DNA from: Phoronis australis
Lineage: Eukaryota > Animalia > Phoronida
Length of the DNA: 64,000 nucleotides
Assembly: GCA_002633005.1 (NCBI GenBank)
Contig: NMRA01000004.1
Coordinates: 811,846-875,845 of the forward strand
Reading direction: 5' to 3'
Shown here: positions 23,801 through 37,550 of the stretch, in pieces
How the letters are laid out: each line of letters starts with the position of its first letter
Numbering within the stretch: position 1 is the stretch's first letter
Notes under the pieces: generated by a model
What the model saw: only the letters and a program-made list of their open reading frames with translations
Told to the model about the DNA's origin: nothing
Database searches by the model: none
Translations under genes and position numbers: made by a program

Positions 23801-25029
23801 ACAGGTAGGTCATGCCATGTGACTTATTTAAGGCGTGCAAGACGACTAACAGCTTTTAATTTTACAACATGAGCCATTTTCTTTCTGAAACTCATAGTTT
23901 CAAGAGCAATTCATTGAAAGAAAATAATAAAAATAATTTAAAGTCATATTTTTTCTTAAATTAGGTGATGTTTCCATGGCAATTTACTATCATCTTAAGG
24001 ACAAAAGCACACAAAATGTAAAATATTGATCAGGCGGGAATGGTGTACAGCGAATGGCCTAGAGACGCTTAGAATTGTGGGTAAATTGTACTGTGTACCT
24101 GGATAAAATTTTAGTGTTGCGTTTCTTTAAGCTAGGCATTCGCGAGACATCTGCTGCAAGAAACCTTGATTTATGAAACGAAAATGGTGATTCTCTCCCA
24201 CAGTCCAACATTCCGATCGCTGTCCAATGATTTCCCTGGTAGTAAATTCAACTGCTTACATGTACGTGCGTTGCCAGATTACTCGAGAAACACTTGCCTT
24301 TCACTCAGTAATTCTTCTACTATGAAAACCTAATTCAAAGCCATATTATTCGCCTACATGTAGTAAGCATAGTATTCCGTCAACCTAATGCCATAATCCT
24401 ACTAAAGGAAAACAAACGTTGGTCATACTGCAACCAGACAAGTTCTTTATTGACGTCATTTCCCCCACACTTTGAAGTGGGTGGCCTTAACCGAACGTAC
24501 AAATGAACATCATTAAAAACGCAACAGTTTCCAAAAAATGAACACAGGTATTCTAGCTTCATTTCCGTACCTGTCATCCGTATCTGACATCGTCAATAGA
24601 TGAAAAGGAAAATGAGAACATGACAGTGCTCATCAATACGAGAGTGCGGTATAATTATCATCAGTCGCGGGTGTGTAAACCTGGAAAATAAAAAATTCAT
24701 TCGCAGCTATTTTAAGTAAGACATATTTGCCTAACACAAATGTACTTCGTTCATTTATGTCCCTTTGCTTTAAATACTCTGGGATACGCATTTTGTGTCT
24801 TCGTGTTTCGTTAACCATGAGATGTTTACATTGTCACAGAACGTGGCTGTACAGTGAACTATTACACTCGGTATTACGGAACAAGGTTTATTTCCTAATT
24901 TCCAACATTCGTTATGTGTAAGAGAGGAAAATCGTTTACGTGAAGCCGTTTTTAATCAATGCAGAAACACCGGCCTTAAATATGACGATGGCCAGAATAT
25001 TCGCTAACATCATCGTTAGCGTAACATTT

Positions 25030-25320
25030 GTCATTGTCATCATTATCGTTATAAACGTCATCATAATTAATATCATTGTCATTGTCACCAAAATCATCTT
25101 CACCAATACATTTATCTTTGTCATCCTTATGGTCATCATCATGGTTATCATCATCGTCATCATCGTCATCATCATGGTTATCATCATCGTCATCATCGTC
25201 ATCATCATCGTCGTCGTCATCGTCATCATCATTATCACTGTCACCTGTACATTCATCATTGTCATCATCATGATCATCACCATCCTCATCATCATCATCA
25301 TTATCATCATCATCATAACT
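25030..25320. repeat. (ATC/GTC)n trinucleotide microsatellite
   Basis: catcatcgtcatcatc... degenerate run. Confidence 0.95.
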
Positions 25321-25493
25321 ATTATAATTACAGTACCGAACACAAGTAAAATTTGAATATTTGAATAAAGACAACAATTTTTCTGAATTGTAACGACATG
25401 TTTCGGTGGTAAAACATCCTTCATTGTCAAACTTTATTTGGAGAATGGATACCAGGATGGCTACAGGTACAATACACGGAAAATTCAAAAACA

Positions 25494-25515
25494 AATGATA
25501 ATAATAATAATAATG

Positions 25516-25547
<32 letters not shown>

Positions 25548-25685
25548 AGTGATAGTGATAATAGTGATAGTGATAGTGATAGTGATAGTGATAGTGATAG
25601 TAGTGATAGTGATAGTGATAGTAATAATCACAATGGTGATAGTAATAGTAATAGTAATAGTAATAACAATCACCATTACTACCGA
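25494..25685. repeat. (ATA)n/(GTGATA)n microsatellite
   Basis: ataataatg...gtgatagtgata... run. Confidence 0.95.
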
Positions 25686-25949
25686 CAAACTGTTATCAAA
25701 ATCATCATAATCACCATACCAGTTATCTTCGAGACCGGTTCCAGATATCTGTCTGGATCATTGCTAAGCAGGTTTTTGTCATCTGCCACTCCTCGCTGGC
25801 CAACTTTCTTCCAAGGTTCAAACAGTCACTAAAATATACATGTAAATGGAATTACGTTTACCAGCTACTTTAAACTTACGCATCTAATTTGAATCTATTA
25901 AGATTCGTATTAAAATACGAATGGTAACGAATTTTATATACACGTGTAC

Positions 25950-26007
<58 letters not shown>

Positions 26008-26160
26008 GTATATATATATATATATATACACACATACATACATTAATACATGTAGACATAGATACATACAAGTCATACATACACACATACAAACAAACAT
26101 GCATACATGCATACATACATATATACATACATGCATACATACAAAAATATATGTACATAC
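25950..26160. repeat. (TA)n/(TACA)n microsatellite
   Basis: tatatata...catacatacat run. Confidence 0.95.
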
Positions 26161-27589
26161 ATTTATTGCCCAGACAATAAATATAGAGGGCTAGTCTCAG
26201 ATCTAGCTTTTACAAGATAGTAAACAATAAGTCAACATATGAGGAGTAATAAGTGCAGCTTAATAGAGAAAAGGGGACAGGGGAAGGACTTTTGTACACC
26301 TTTCCTATCCACACTCACGCCGTGCTTATATGGTGAAAGAGCTAATAAATAAGAAGCTTATATACAATGGAAATTTGAATACAAGCATACACTGTATAGC
26401 TCAAATGTATTTAGAGATAAACCGATAAGAAAGTTCTTATCTAATGCATAGCATCGTGTAAAATGATAGGTACTAACTATCTAAATACCAACAAAGTTGA
26501 TGTTATGACAAAATCGCAATCCTGAAAGTAACGAATGGCACAGAAAAAGTGTACCACATCATAATTATAATAACTTTCCAAGAAATAGTTTGATATGAAT
26601 CTTACTAATCCGTCACTTTTCACGAAACCAAGTATACATGTACATATTGAAGACCAAAATTTTGTTAACGAATACACGTATTTTGATTTCGTAGGCCTAG
26701 ATTGCAAAACCAGCTCCTCTGAAATACTGAACTAGGAGACTGGGACTGTTTTTACTCATTCTTGCAATATTTTATTCACGTGAACGCCTTGGTTTTAATT
26801 AGATGAAGCCACTTGAAATTGAAATACAACTGCCTGGTATTTGAATATGCTTAATAATTAATGAACGTTTGATATTGACACGTGTAAACATGTACACACC
26901 CGTTATAAAATATTCAGCTTAGCTGAGCAACTTTTTATCGTACCCAGTCCTGCAACAGCGAATAGCGAAGCATAAAACAATGTCTGACTTGATCTGCAAA
27001 GGATGATAAAAACTGTTACTCCAAGCTCCGACTCGTGTAATAACGAACAATGTTAGATTTTTACTACGAACAGAAAGTGTAAAATTTGGACAAGACTAGC
27101 TAATTGTGTACTTATCTGATCAACCATAAAGACACGCTATTCAGAAGTCGAAATTTGACAACAAAAATTAGCATTTTGTCTAATTCCATTTTACAAATCA
27201 TCTCATAGAAACGTTAATGTTTTTACTCAGACCGAAAGGACAAAACTCCTGTGCAAAGGCAATAGTCGTGCATGCAATTTACGTAGTAACCACGTGAATA
27301 TTTTTCACGTCTGTAAATTACGCTGACGCCGTAAAAATCAGACTCTTGACGCCATTATTAACTTACTTTCCCCTCTCGAACAATAGACACCCACACACTA
27401 GCGCCAGGGGTTCATAGACAGTTTAATTTGAATCTAAGCAACAGATACTGTAACGAATTGTCTTTTCATAAACTTAAGCGTGGACGTCGTAATGCAATCA
27501 CGTAACAAATTTATTTAAAAATCAATAATGCATACACACTAATTGGCTGAGTAATTAGTTTGCGCACGAGTTAGACAGGACTAATTATT

Positions 27590-27665
27590 CGTGTCGTTGA
27601 CTTGCCGGAGTCGCTCACTGTCACTTGTTTTCATATCAAGTTTGTGAAACTGATCTCGAGGGAAG
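27590..27665 (+). other. Probable non-coding first exon of the SLC45 gene (start approximate)
   Basis: Strong donor GAAG|gtaagt at 27665 upstream of acceptor tttacag|28284; ATG at 28303 lies in the next exon. Confidence 0.5.
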
Positions 27666-28302
27666 GTAAGTATTATGATTATTCCCTGTTGTTATTAAAG
27701 CTAATTTGACAGTCCAGTTACATTTCTTCATTAGTGACACGTCTCACAACAAATCGTTTTCCCGGCACATGTTTTCCACAGTCCAATTGCAGATTACCTT
27801 GGGCGCCCGGAGCTGGGCAATGTTTGGGGATCAGTGGTAAGATACATCTTGTCTTCGTGAACTAACTACTGTGTGTTTTGGGTTAATGTTTCATTGATTC
27901 TGTTCTATGTCAGTGAAATGTTAAACTCTGTAGTCGCATTCGGAAGAATGTATAGATTCTTCACAAGTTTAATCGAGTATCACGGTGGCTTACAGTCCAT
28001 GAAATGTATATTTAAAACAATCGTTCTTGAAATATTCTGCGCTGTCTTCGTCGTCGATTTAGAGTCGTGTTACAAGAAACTGCACAATGCCGGTAATTAA
28101 GTGAGGTAATTAGGTGGGGTAATTAACTAATGAACCAGTGTAATTACACCTAATTACTGGACATTTGGACATTCTAATGAATAACGGGGCTTATAAAGAA
28201 ATTGTGATAAATAAACATTAAACCTGCATTCGATGTAAAACATTGTGATTGATAACAGCTGATTTCTCACGTTTCGTTTACAGAGACTCAAATTACGGCA
28301 AC

Positions 28303-29806
28303 ATGGCGATGGTATTTCTCACTTCTACTCTTACTGCGTTGAATGCCTTCAAAACAAACACGGAGAAGATAATAAAGACACCGCCGCCTTTCGTCAGATC
28401 TCGAATTAAACTATTATTGCTCAGTGGCACCGTTTGTGGCATCGAATTTTGTTATGCTGCCGAAACAGCATTCGTCAGTCCAATTTTGCTTACGGAAGGA
28501 TTTCCTATGGTGCTATCGACTATAATTTGGTGCATTAGCCCACTTGTTGGTTTCCTTCTCGTCCCCATACTGGGTTCAATGTCTGACAATTGTAAATCTC
28601 CAATTGGACGTCGTCGACCTTTTATCATTGCTCTATCCTGCGGAATAGTTGCCGGTCTCATATTGGTGCCACTGGGGGCGCATGTTGGTGAAAACGAGGA
28701 ACGGAGAATAGAAGAACTCTTGGGTAACGTAACACAAAGCGAAAACTCTAGTTCGCTGATGACAAAAAATCGTATGTATGAAGACATGAACATGAACATA
28801 TTTAACGGTTCAAGAAATTCGACAAAATTATGCATAACGCCGTTTTGTACTAGTCCTTCCAGCATCGCTCTACTCGTTATTGGTATCGTGTTATTAGACT
28901 CGTGCTGCGACGCCTGCCAATCGCCGTGTCGTGCTTATTTGTTAGACGTAACAACGCCCAATGAGCACGCTGCAGGACTCACAACTTTTACGATCATGGC
29001 TGGCCTTGGCGGCAGTATTGGGTATGTTCTTGGCGGCATCGACTGGAGCGCCTCTTACGGAGCAAACCAACTTACTAGCATGGAGCATATTAGGATTATC
29101 TTCACTGTAGCTTTAGTAATGTTTGTCGTTCTTACCATCACCAGTTTGAGCAGCCATCAAGAACAAGCGACCACTGAATCACCCAACTATAGCCAATGGC
29201 TACCGGTGTTCATAGTGTCACTTTTTTCGAGGAAATATCAAAGATTTGAAAACGATTCCTGTTCAGAAAACTGCGAGGTGTCTCCCAATTCTTCGAAAGT
29301 AAAATGCCAGCAAGGTTCATCTGAAGAAAACTTCCCAGATTCACAGCATCTGAGGAACGATGTTGATGTGAGCCATGTCAACGGAGATACGGGCATATCT
29401 TGCCATAAGCCCGTCGAATATGGAGCCATCTCCAAAGATGAAGATACAGCGACACCAGATGGCGCACGAGATCATTTGAAGGACGGAATAGATGTTGAAT
29501 CTGCAGAAATTTCCATGGATGCTGACCTGAGGACCTATTTAATGAGTATAGTTCGAATGCCCAAAACCATGATAATTCTTTGCGTTACTAATCTGTTCAG
29601 TTGGATGTCTTTGGTATGTTTCTCGCTTTATTTTACAAACTATGTGGGTGTGACCGTCTACGGCGGTGACCCGGAAGCGAGGGAAGGCACCACACTTAGG
29701 AAGACGTACAACGAGGGAGTAAGGCACGGATCCCTGTCGATGGCCCTGTATTCAATCACGTGCTCATTTTACTCGATTGCTCTGGAGAAATTAGTCAACA
29801 GATTTG
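28303..29806 (+). CDS. SLC45 coding exon 1
   Basis: Part of ORF 28249-29814; ends TTT G|gtaagt. Confidence 0.95.
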
Positions 29807-32800
29807 GTAAGTGAACTCCCGGAAAAATGTAATCAAAGCTGTAGTTAAAGTAATTTTTTTTTTCGTAAGCCAACACTAAGTTGCGCATGATCTTTTATAG
29901 ATCCGATGGGAATAAACCCTCTGTAGCCAGATGCGGTTCTTTCAGACAAAGAGAAACCATGACTGAAATTGTCTTGTACTATCGGTCAGCAAAAGCAATA
30001 AGAAATTACCATTTCTGCTTATAAAAAATGTGCCTTCCTTTCTCGGAAATTTTGTCTTTGACGAATTACTTTTGAGGTGGTGCACGCAATTTCATTGATT
30101 TGAACTACGATATGTTGTTCTACAGTTCTAGGTGAGCCGTCTCGTAGACGAGACAGTCTCGCCACCTGGTGAGAATGGACATGAAAAACGTCTAGCACAA
30201 AGACAAAAATATGACAGAAACTCAGAATTGAACAGATGTTGAAAGAACGCGTTGGATTCCTTAAAGATCAATTTTCACTGGTGGTCTAAAAGGGTCGCGC
30301 TGTTGTTCTTGGGTTTGCACGGTTGAATTTATCCAAAATTGAGTTTGGTTCTCCTTATGACATTCTTAACCTTCCAATATTTTTGATTTTCACAGTGATA
30401 ATTTAAGTCCAGGTGTGCAGTTAAATACAACTGCGAGTAACCGCTAGTGAGATCTGCCGTGCAAACTCGATAATATCTAAGCATAGATGCATCACTTTAA
30501 GCGAAGGGACATGGCACTTAGGATATCTCGAGCATCGTTTTGTGAGGCAAAATTATACATGTACGAACTTTTAAAATGTTTCACTTGTATATGAGGGGCT
30601 TTGAAAGTGTGACTTTTTATGATTTTCTTGAAAAAGCTAAAAAACTGCATCAAAAAATTACCTTATATTTAGTCACGTTATGGCTACATGTGTTGCTATT
30701 AATGTACCTCTGTTTTTCGTTGAATCGTACTTACAAGACTTGGTCACGTGACTCACCTTGTGTCAGAAAACGTCAAAAATTACCTCTACAGGCTTTTTAC
30801 TTCCAAAAATTATGAACTTTTAGTCAATTAAAATCTATATTTAAGAGATTTGGCTAAATGTACGCATAAAAGTCGACAATGTTTTACACGGCTTTAAACC
30901 AGATTCATGCATAGACGTGTCCTCCAAAAATGTGTTTGATTTCGAGCATTCAACTTGGTGAAATCTTTCTCAAAATGTTCCTTAGTATGAGCGTAGGTGA
31001 CTTGAGGACTTCAAACGAACTATCAGTTACTTGATACAAGACACTACACGTTGGCTTGCCACGTCGTGTCATTTTTGCGCTGACGTTGACGTTAATTAAA
31101 AACTAATTGCTAGTTCTTTGCTAATCACTTCTCATCAGAGAAAGGAACAAGTTGGGAGAAATTTAGAGTGGCAAGTGGTCTAAAACGAATTTCGTTTTCT
31201 TGGATGGAAGGCATTGTATAGCTTCTTAATGTTTAAAATGTTCGACATATGGTGATCCGCTCTTTTGAATGTCGTAAGTTCGGTCGCAGGTATAGTAGTC
31301 GTGGGGACGATTTTTGTGAAAACGACTCTGCAATTTTGCAAAAGCGAAGCATTGCTACTGGCGCAAACGCGTTTGCTGTTGAAAGACCACCTTTGAAAAC
31401 CATGTTAAGGTTATGTCCAACCTTATTCAGTGGCCTCCATTCTAACACTTATATCAAAAAACTTACCATTTTCAACTAGTAAAAGTAAATATTTTCTGAA
31501 AGAACAAAGACCAGGAAATATTAGCATACTTTTTGTATTTATTTGTCATTATTATTTTTACGTAAAAAGCTTTTTTAAGTAAAAATTTCATTTTTAAGAA
31601 AGGTACATTCATAGCAAAATAACCCTGCGGTCGATTTTAACGAAACCTTTTTTAAATGAAAACTTCATCAATTACCTCAAAAACACTGTTAGGAATTTTC
31701 GATTAGTTAGTTCGTTTGGTTTCTATGACAAATCAACTCGCAAAACGTAAGGTATTTTTGTAAAAAATTGAAGTCGTATTCGTCTTTGTCACATTACACA
31801 AAAACTAAGCTTTTATATCAAAAATCCTAACAGCGTTTTTGAGATTGGTGACTAAATATTAAGTTTGGAAAGTTTCAGCGAGCCATTTTTGAGAACTCGT
31901 GTTCCTAAGTTCAAATAAAGTCGATTTGCCGAAGCCGAGAAAAAGCCGATTAAACTGGGACACGTGAAAATCTCTAAGTCTTTGGTTAATTATTCTGTGA
32001 AAACTTGTTTTCGGTATACATAATCTATAGAATCCTTAACTACGTCACCTAGTTCAATGTTTTCTTGCAATGGCAACTAATTTTGCAGTGCGTAACTAAC
32101 TTAAATATCATTAAAACCTCAAATAGACCTATCTTTCGCAGCCAACTTTTGCCGTTTTGTACGACCTACTTAGAAAAGTAGGTCATAGTTCATAGCCTGT
32201 GCACGTCACGTGCTGGGAGACCGATACCAAACCAAGTAAGAAATGGATCACAAAAATTGAATTGGTGGTTAAATTAAGTCGTTAACATGAAATCGAAACT
32301 TCGAAATGTTAACTTAATAATTGAATTAAGGAATACGGGGGAGGATTTATCTCTTTTCACAACTTTCTGTGTTCTTGACCAGACTGAGGCCTGAGGCAAC
32401 TCGTAGCATTTGTTTTTAACGTCAACGGTCGTATGCATGTACAATGTAGACCCACAACTCCCTTAGGATAAAAACTACGTTTTGTATTCGTTTTCCCCGG
32501 GACCATTCTATCATAACCACACCTCGTTGGTTCAATGTTATGGCAAATTTGTGAATGAAAGGACTGAGGGTATACCGAAGCTGTTCTGTACCTGGCAGGA
32601 GACTCGATTTACTTGAAAGCCCTTTAACCTTTGACCTTGGATAAGTGCTAAGTTCCAAGGTGGTTCTGCTAAATCTTTTTTTTTCTCGCTACCCAGTATA
32701 TATTTCGTATTTGAAGTTCCCCGAGAATGAAGATAAGGTATTTTGCTAGACACAAGTGAAATTTTGTAAAAATGGCCATTTTTTGTGAATAAGGTTGGAA

Positions 32801-35800
32801 ATATCCTTAACGAATTGCGTGTCAAGGAAAAACGGAAGATTCGGCGAAACTTGCGACTTTCATTAAACTTGGCGCTCGGTGTGTAGCATTCCATTACAAT
32901 TACAGTAAGTGTCATGGATCCCGTATTTCAAACGATTCCGGTTTTACAAGGCCTGATATCAATCCTTCTTTTGTTAAAACCCACGCTCAGTCCTTTGCCC
33001 GATGTCACGACGCAAACGCCAATCATCGACTTACTTCTGTAAATACGCATCGACTCAAAACTGTTGTCAAGCAGAGCGTTAGTCAATTTTCACCGTATTT
33101 CTTCCGCTTAAGAAGGGATCTACACTAACTATTTACGAGGAATTCAATTTCAGAAGCTAAACATGTTAAACAATTACCAGTTTTTGTCCTTAGCATTTCA
33201 AATTATTTCAGCCCGTATTTTATTGCCGTAAAGACATCGCTAATATGATAATTGCGCCCTTAACAACAGAATAATAGTTTAGACCAAAAATCGCGATATC
33301 AAGGACCGACGATAACACCTGTTTATGTAGAGAAGCATTGTCCAGCCACTGAACGGCCCGGTTTCCAAAGGCAATTTAACCTTGACCTTGTGAACTTGAA
33401 TTACCTTTTTATTTTATTTGAAATGAAACGTTTAGTAATTCGACCAACCAGTATATAATTGTACAACAATATGAAATCTAGTCAGGTACATCAAACAAAT
33501 TACTAACAATATCGAACGATATACAAGCTACATGTACATGTAGTTGCTAGACTAAAAAGAAGACACCTTGCTTTGAATCCCTCAGGATCCAATTTGTATG
33601 TGTAAATAATTTTTTCCAGGTTGTGGTAATCACACACCTCACGTGAAAATGACTGACAATTGGGCTTACCGTTTGCAGTCTTTGCCTATATAAAAAAAAA
33701 TTTCGCTAAGCAAAGAATTAAATTTACAATTTCTAGTCTACAAACAAGGCGTATTTAACTGAAGAGGGAAATCGCACTGATTAATCATCCATGTTTTTAA
33801 ACATCCCCAAAACTTCTAAACAAGTGAACATTCCCAATACAAATTAATTATTTTCTTCGTGTTGCTAACAGAAAGAACACAAAGACGATTCACTGACACA
33901 TATTTTCTTTAAATAATAGTTTGTACCAATACATGTAAGTCTGTGGTTGATACGGAATTGAAACCATCTGAGTCTGACATCGGCAGTACAAGAATAAATT
34001 ACAGAATGAATTTTTTCCAAGACTGTATCGTATCATCGCATAAGTTAATTTAATGTGTCGAGGGAAATACGGCCATGCAACAAAGTTTTCCGTATTCAAA
34101 TCCCGCCCTACTTCAACAGTGACCTCTGACATGGAAAGTTCAAAAGGTAGGTCATATGTCGACTCGACGTCTTCAGCCGGTTCGATACTCAAACTTTCGG
34201 AATATAGTTTGAAGTAATACAGTTGCAGCAGTGTAACTAACACTCGCCATGCAACCAGGCCCTAAACGTAAAATCTGGAACAAAACTGTGTTAATTATAA
34301 GACACTTATTTCTCAATATTCAATTGCTGAACACTATATCGTCTGCAACTCAGGCGCCGATTCCTAGGAAACTAAAATATCAAATATTGTTGTTTTTTAA
34401 CTAGTTCCAGGAGATGTTACTAGTTCACTGCACAGTTTCCGTTGTTTTTATCTTTTTTACCTCTTTTCATGAAATAAATCATTATTTTTATAACTGTTTC
34501 TTTTACAAGAGAAAACTTGCAACCTAACGCGGAAGTGCATACATATAGGATATGATCCGCCGTCTGAACAGTCTGGGTGAAGTATTTGAAAAATCTGCTG
34601 AAAAATGTAAGAAACTTAGGAATTTGAAGCGCATGGAATAAATACAAAACGTACCTCGATTGGCGTACAAGAAGTAATATCCCACTCGACCTTATTCCGC
34701 GTATCGACCGAAACCGAAAGTCGTGGTCGATACGCAGAATAATGTCTCGTGAGATATTACTTCATGTACGCCACTCTCGGCACGTTTTGTTTATTCCTCT
34801 CTCCCACTTCAATGTTGCGACAGGTTCAACATACAATTTGGAAATGAATAATTGATAAATTTTCCCCGTCCCTTTATTATCTGGAAAAATTTGAATTTGA
34901 TTTATATTGCTTAGTTGCAATGTGCTTCGTGCAAGACCCTAAAGTTATCAAGAAGACTTTCTAAACGTTGCTGTCTCGTTGCAGGAGCTTTGTCTGTTTA
35001 CGTCTGTAGTCAATTGATCTACACTTTGGGTAGCACCACGATGGCAATCACCGGAAACAAGATAGTCACCATCGTATTTTCCTGCACCGCGGGAATCATG
35101 TACGCGACGCTGTTTACAATGCCATACATGATCATAGCGCATTACCACTCAAAAAACAAGGTAAGAATGCTTACTGACACGTTAATGGATAATGAAATTT
35201 CCAGCGACTTTGCCAGATTTGACTCGAGATTTTAAAGTTTCGAGATACAGCCCGTTTGTTTTTGCTTCGATCAATCCTAGAACTCAATAGATAACTGTCC
35301 AATCAATGCACGACATCATACAATATCTTAGGTTCGTGGCAGAGTGAATTGGCGTGCTAGCTGGACCACGTGACTTATCAACATCACCATACACAGAGGC
35401 GACCAATTGCTGTTACATTACAATATTCAATTGCACCTTTCGGCAACATATAGGGCCCCGGATTTTGAGAAGCAGTTTGATGCCTGTTATTCACACGAGA
35501 AATTGGTTCTCAAAATGCGGAACCCCTGTGAGTGACTATTGCCCAAATGTTTACAGGAATCAGTACATTTCGCCTCAGAGCCCCAGAACAGCGGCATGTC
35601 AATACATCCGAAGCCTTGCTCCAATCTCACCACCCTGATCCGATATTGAATTGTTGTCATAGGCAATTCATACGTGTCCAATTTTCGCACTCCAAGTTTT
35701 TGGTTTCGTTATATCCAATTAGCTCGGAAACGTTTTCTATGGTCGCTGATGGCTTCGACGTTCTTGGTGGTAAAAAAAACATAATAGTGTCACTTTAAGA

Positions 35801-37258
35801 AATATTATAAGGCCGACTTATGACAATAAAAGCCTAATTCATTTTTCACTTCTGTGCCTGCGCGTGATGAACGGAAACTGATGAAACAATGATTCCTTGA
35901 AAACCCAAAATACTGAGCATCGGTTATTCTTGTAAATTCTTGCTCGGACAGACTTTGTGAAACGTGACTTTGGTGGTCGCATCGGGATATATGTTGCCGC
36001 ACTCGGCGCCCGCGGTAAGGTGCTGAGAAGCCTAGCCGAGTGGACTGGTTGTGCAACCAATGACCTGAATACACCGAGGTATACATGTACATGTAGCCAT
36101 CAACAAGACGATTACAGCTTTGGTTCAGTTTCGCGTGACACGCTTTGGTGATGGGGAATTGCGTCCGACATCAAGAACATTCGATAAGAGCAGCGCCGAG
36201 ACCGCGTTCATCATGACGATCAGGTGGTACTCTAGCGGTAACGTACATGTACATGTACTTAAACCAAAACAATTCGTCTGGTTTAAACTAGAATGTAGAG
36301 TGCTGACGTTTCTTTATTAAATGAAAAACGTTTAAGTTGTGGCTTGTCAAATTTCTCGGACATCAGCAATTATGAATTTAAACAACTCTTTAATTCGGCG
36401 GTTGGATGCATCAATGTTTGTTAATGCAATATAGTCCAAACACGGCCCGGCTTTGTTCTGAGATTGAACTACCCGACACACGGTCATGACCCACTGACGT
36501 CACTGTAAGTCAAGATGATCATTTATTTGTCGGTTATGGAGCGCCGGCGGAATCGTATTTTAATCAATACTTTGGCGAGGAAAGGCATGCTTGCCGGCAA
36601 TCAAGGCCGCAACCGATCGGGGCACAGCAAATTTTCTAAATCAGCTGCACTATTTTTCCTAAGATTTACCAGAGGAACTTTGTCGGGCTCAAAACCACTT
36701 TAGGGAACACTGATGTTTCCAAAAAGACATATTTGCAAGTTCAGAAACAAGCTGGATTTTTGTCCCACTTCCCTTGCCGTCATGGTGGCACTACCTGATT
36801 CTTCACAGCAGGGCTTTTATAAGACATCATGGACGAGGTTTGTACTGAATAGCTCATGCTGGTTTTCCACGTGCAATACTTTAGACCTTGTGCGAGGTTA
36901 CACACCAAGATGGCGATTTTGTTTACTTGTCTGCCACGTAAGTAAACCCCAAAGTGGTCACCGTGCTCTTTAAGTCCAAAGTACTGCACAATTCATGTAC
37001 AAACAAAATGGTTGACATTTTGTTGCTCTGTTGCAGTTCGAAAAGTCCGAAGGTGACACAAGACAGATACTGCGAGGACTTGGAACAGACATCGGCATAG
37101 TCAGCAGCATGGTGTTTGTAGCTCAGTTCCTGCTTTCCCTCATCATTGGCTCCATCATTGATGCCGTCAAAAACCCTATTGTCGTCATAATAGCCGCCGC
37201 GGTCCTGAGCTTTGCAGGCGCGATTTCGGCGTCGCAGGTTTATTACGGAGATTTATGA
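28303..37258 (+). CDS. SLC45: SLC45-family proton-associated sugar transporter (SLC45A1/A2-like MFS), 633 aa; join(28303-29806, 34985-35160, 37037-37258)
   Basis: GIEFCYAAETAFVSPILL, GSMSD.C.S.IGRRRPF, D.CQSPCRAYLLDV, TIMAGLGG..GY.LGGIDW, FSLYFTNYVG..VYGGDP, ATLFTMPY...HYH, RGLGTD..IVSSMVFVAQ. Splice phases 1 and 0 are consistent; 1902 bp total. Confidence 0.95.
34636..34797. repeat. ~160-bp near-perfect palindrome (foldback MITE); short relative at ~3940-3988
   Basis: ggaataaatacaaaacgt...ccgcgtatcgacc / ggtcgatacgcag...acgttttgtttattcc. Confidence 0.85.
34985..35160 (+). CDS. SLC45 coding exon 2
   Basis: gttgcag|GA GCT...AAG|gtaaga; GALSVYVCSQLIY...ATLFTMPYMIIAHYHSKNK. Confidence 0.93.
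37037..37258 (+). CDS. SLC45 terminal coding exon
   Basis: gttgcag|TTC...; FEKSEGDTRQILRGLGTDIGIVSSMVFVAQ...QVYYGDL*. Confidence 0.93.
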   Translation, partial: FEKSEGDTRQILRGLGTDIGIVSSMVFVAQFLLSLIIGSIIDAVKNPIVVIIAAAVLSFAGAISASQVYYGDL

Positions 37259-37544
37259 GATGTTTCACACCGATGCTAAAAACGGCCTTAAAAGATCTAC
37301 AGTAGGGATATATAGCACTCTTGACAACTGTTCACCACCAGGACAGTGCAAGCTATCTAACCGGATACAAACTTAAGTGTTGCTCTTGAATTTTAGGAGG
37401 TATTTAAAAGTTGTACAGTATGTGTTAGAGTGAATCGTACATAACACGAAAAGTTTTGATAATCGGTGGCATGCTTGTACATGTAGTTTCGATTATATGA
37501 ATGTACGTAGTTTTCAGAAAACGTTATCTTTTGTCATGGAAATG

Positions 37545-37550
37545 AATAAA
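37545..37550 (+). promoter_or_regulatory. Probable polyadenylation signal of SLC45
   Basis: AATAAA about 290 bp after the stop, followed by a GT-rich stretch. Confidence 0.5.

Noticed and set aside
24936-26194. Poly-Asp, poly-Met, poly-Ile, poly-Ser and YI/CM-repeat ORFs (e.g. the 172-aa Asp-rich ORF 24976-25494, superficially like an acidic biomineral protein)
   Set aside because: All frames are open simply because of tri- and dinucleotide microsatellites; no supported splice structure or reliable start. Not fully excluded without RNA data.
28452-29727. Antisense ORFs over the SLC45 exon (and similar ones over BHMT exons)
   Set aside because: Shadow frames of real coding sequence.
30590-33120. 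Stretches resembling non-autonomous DNA transposons (also ~41790-42110, 47860-48500, 56770-57260)
   Set aside because: Plausible repeats, but I could not define termini, TSDs or second copies in this window.
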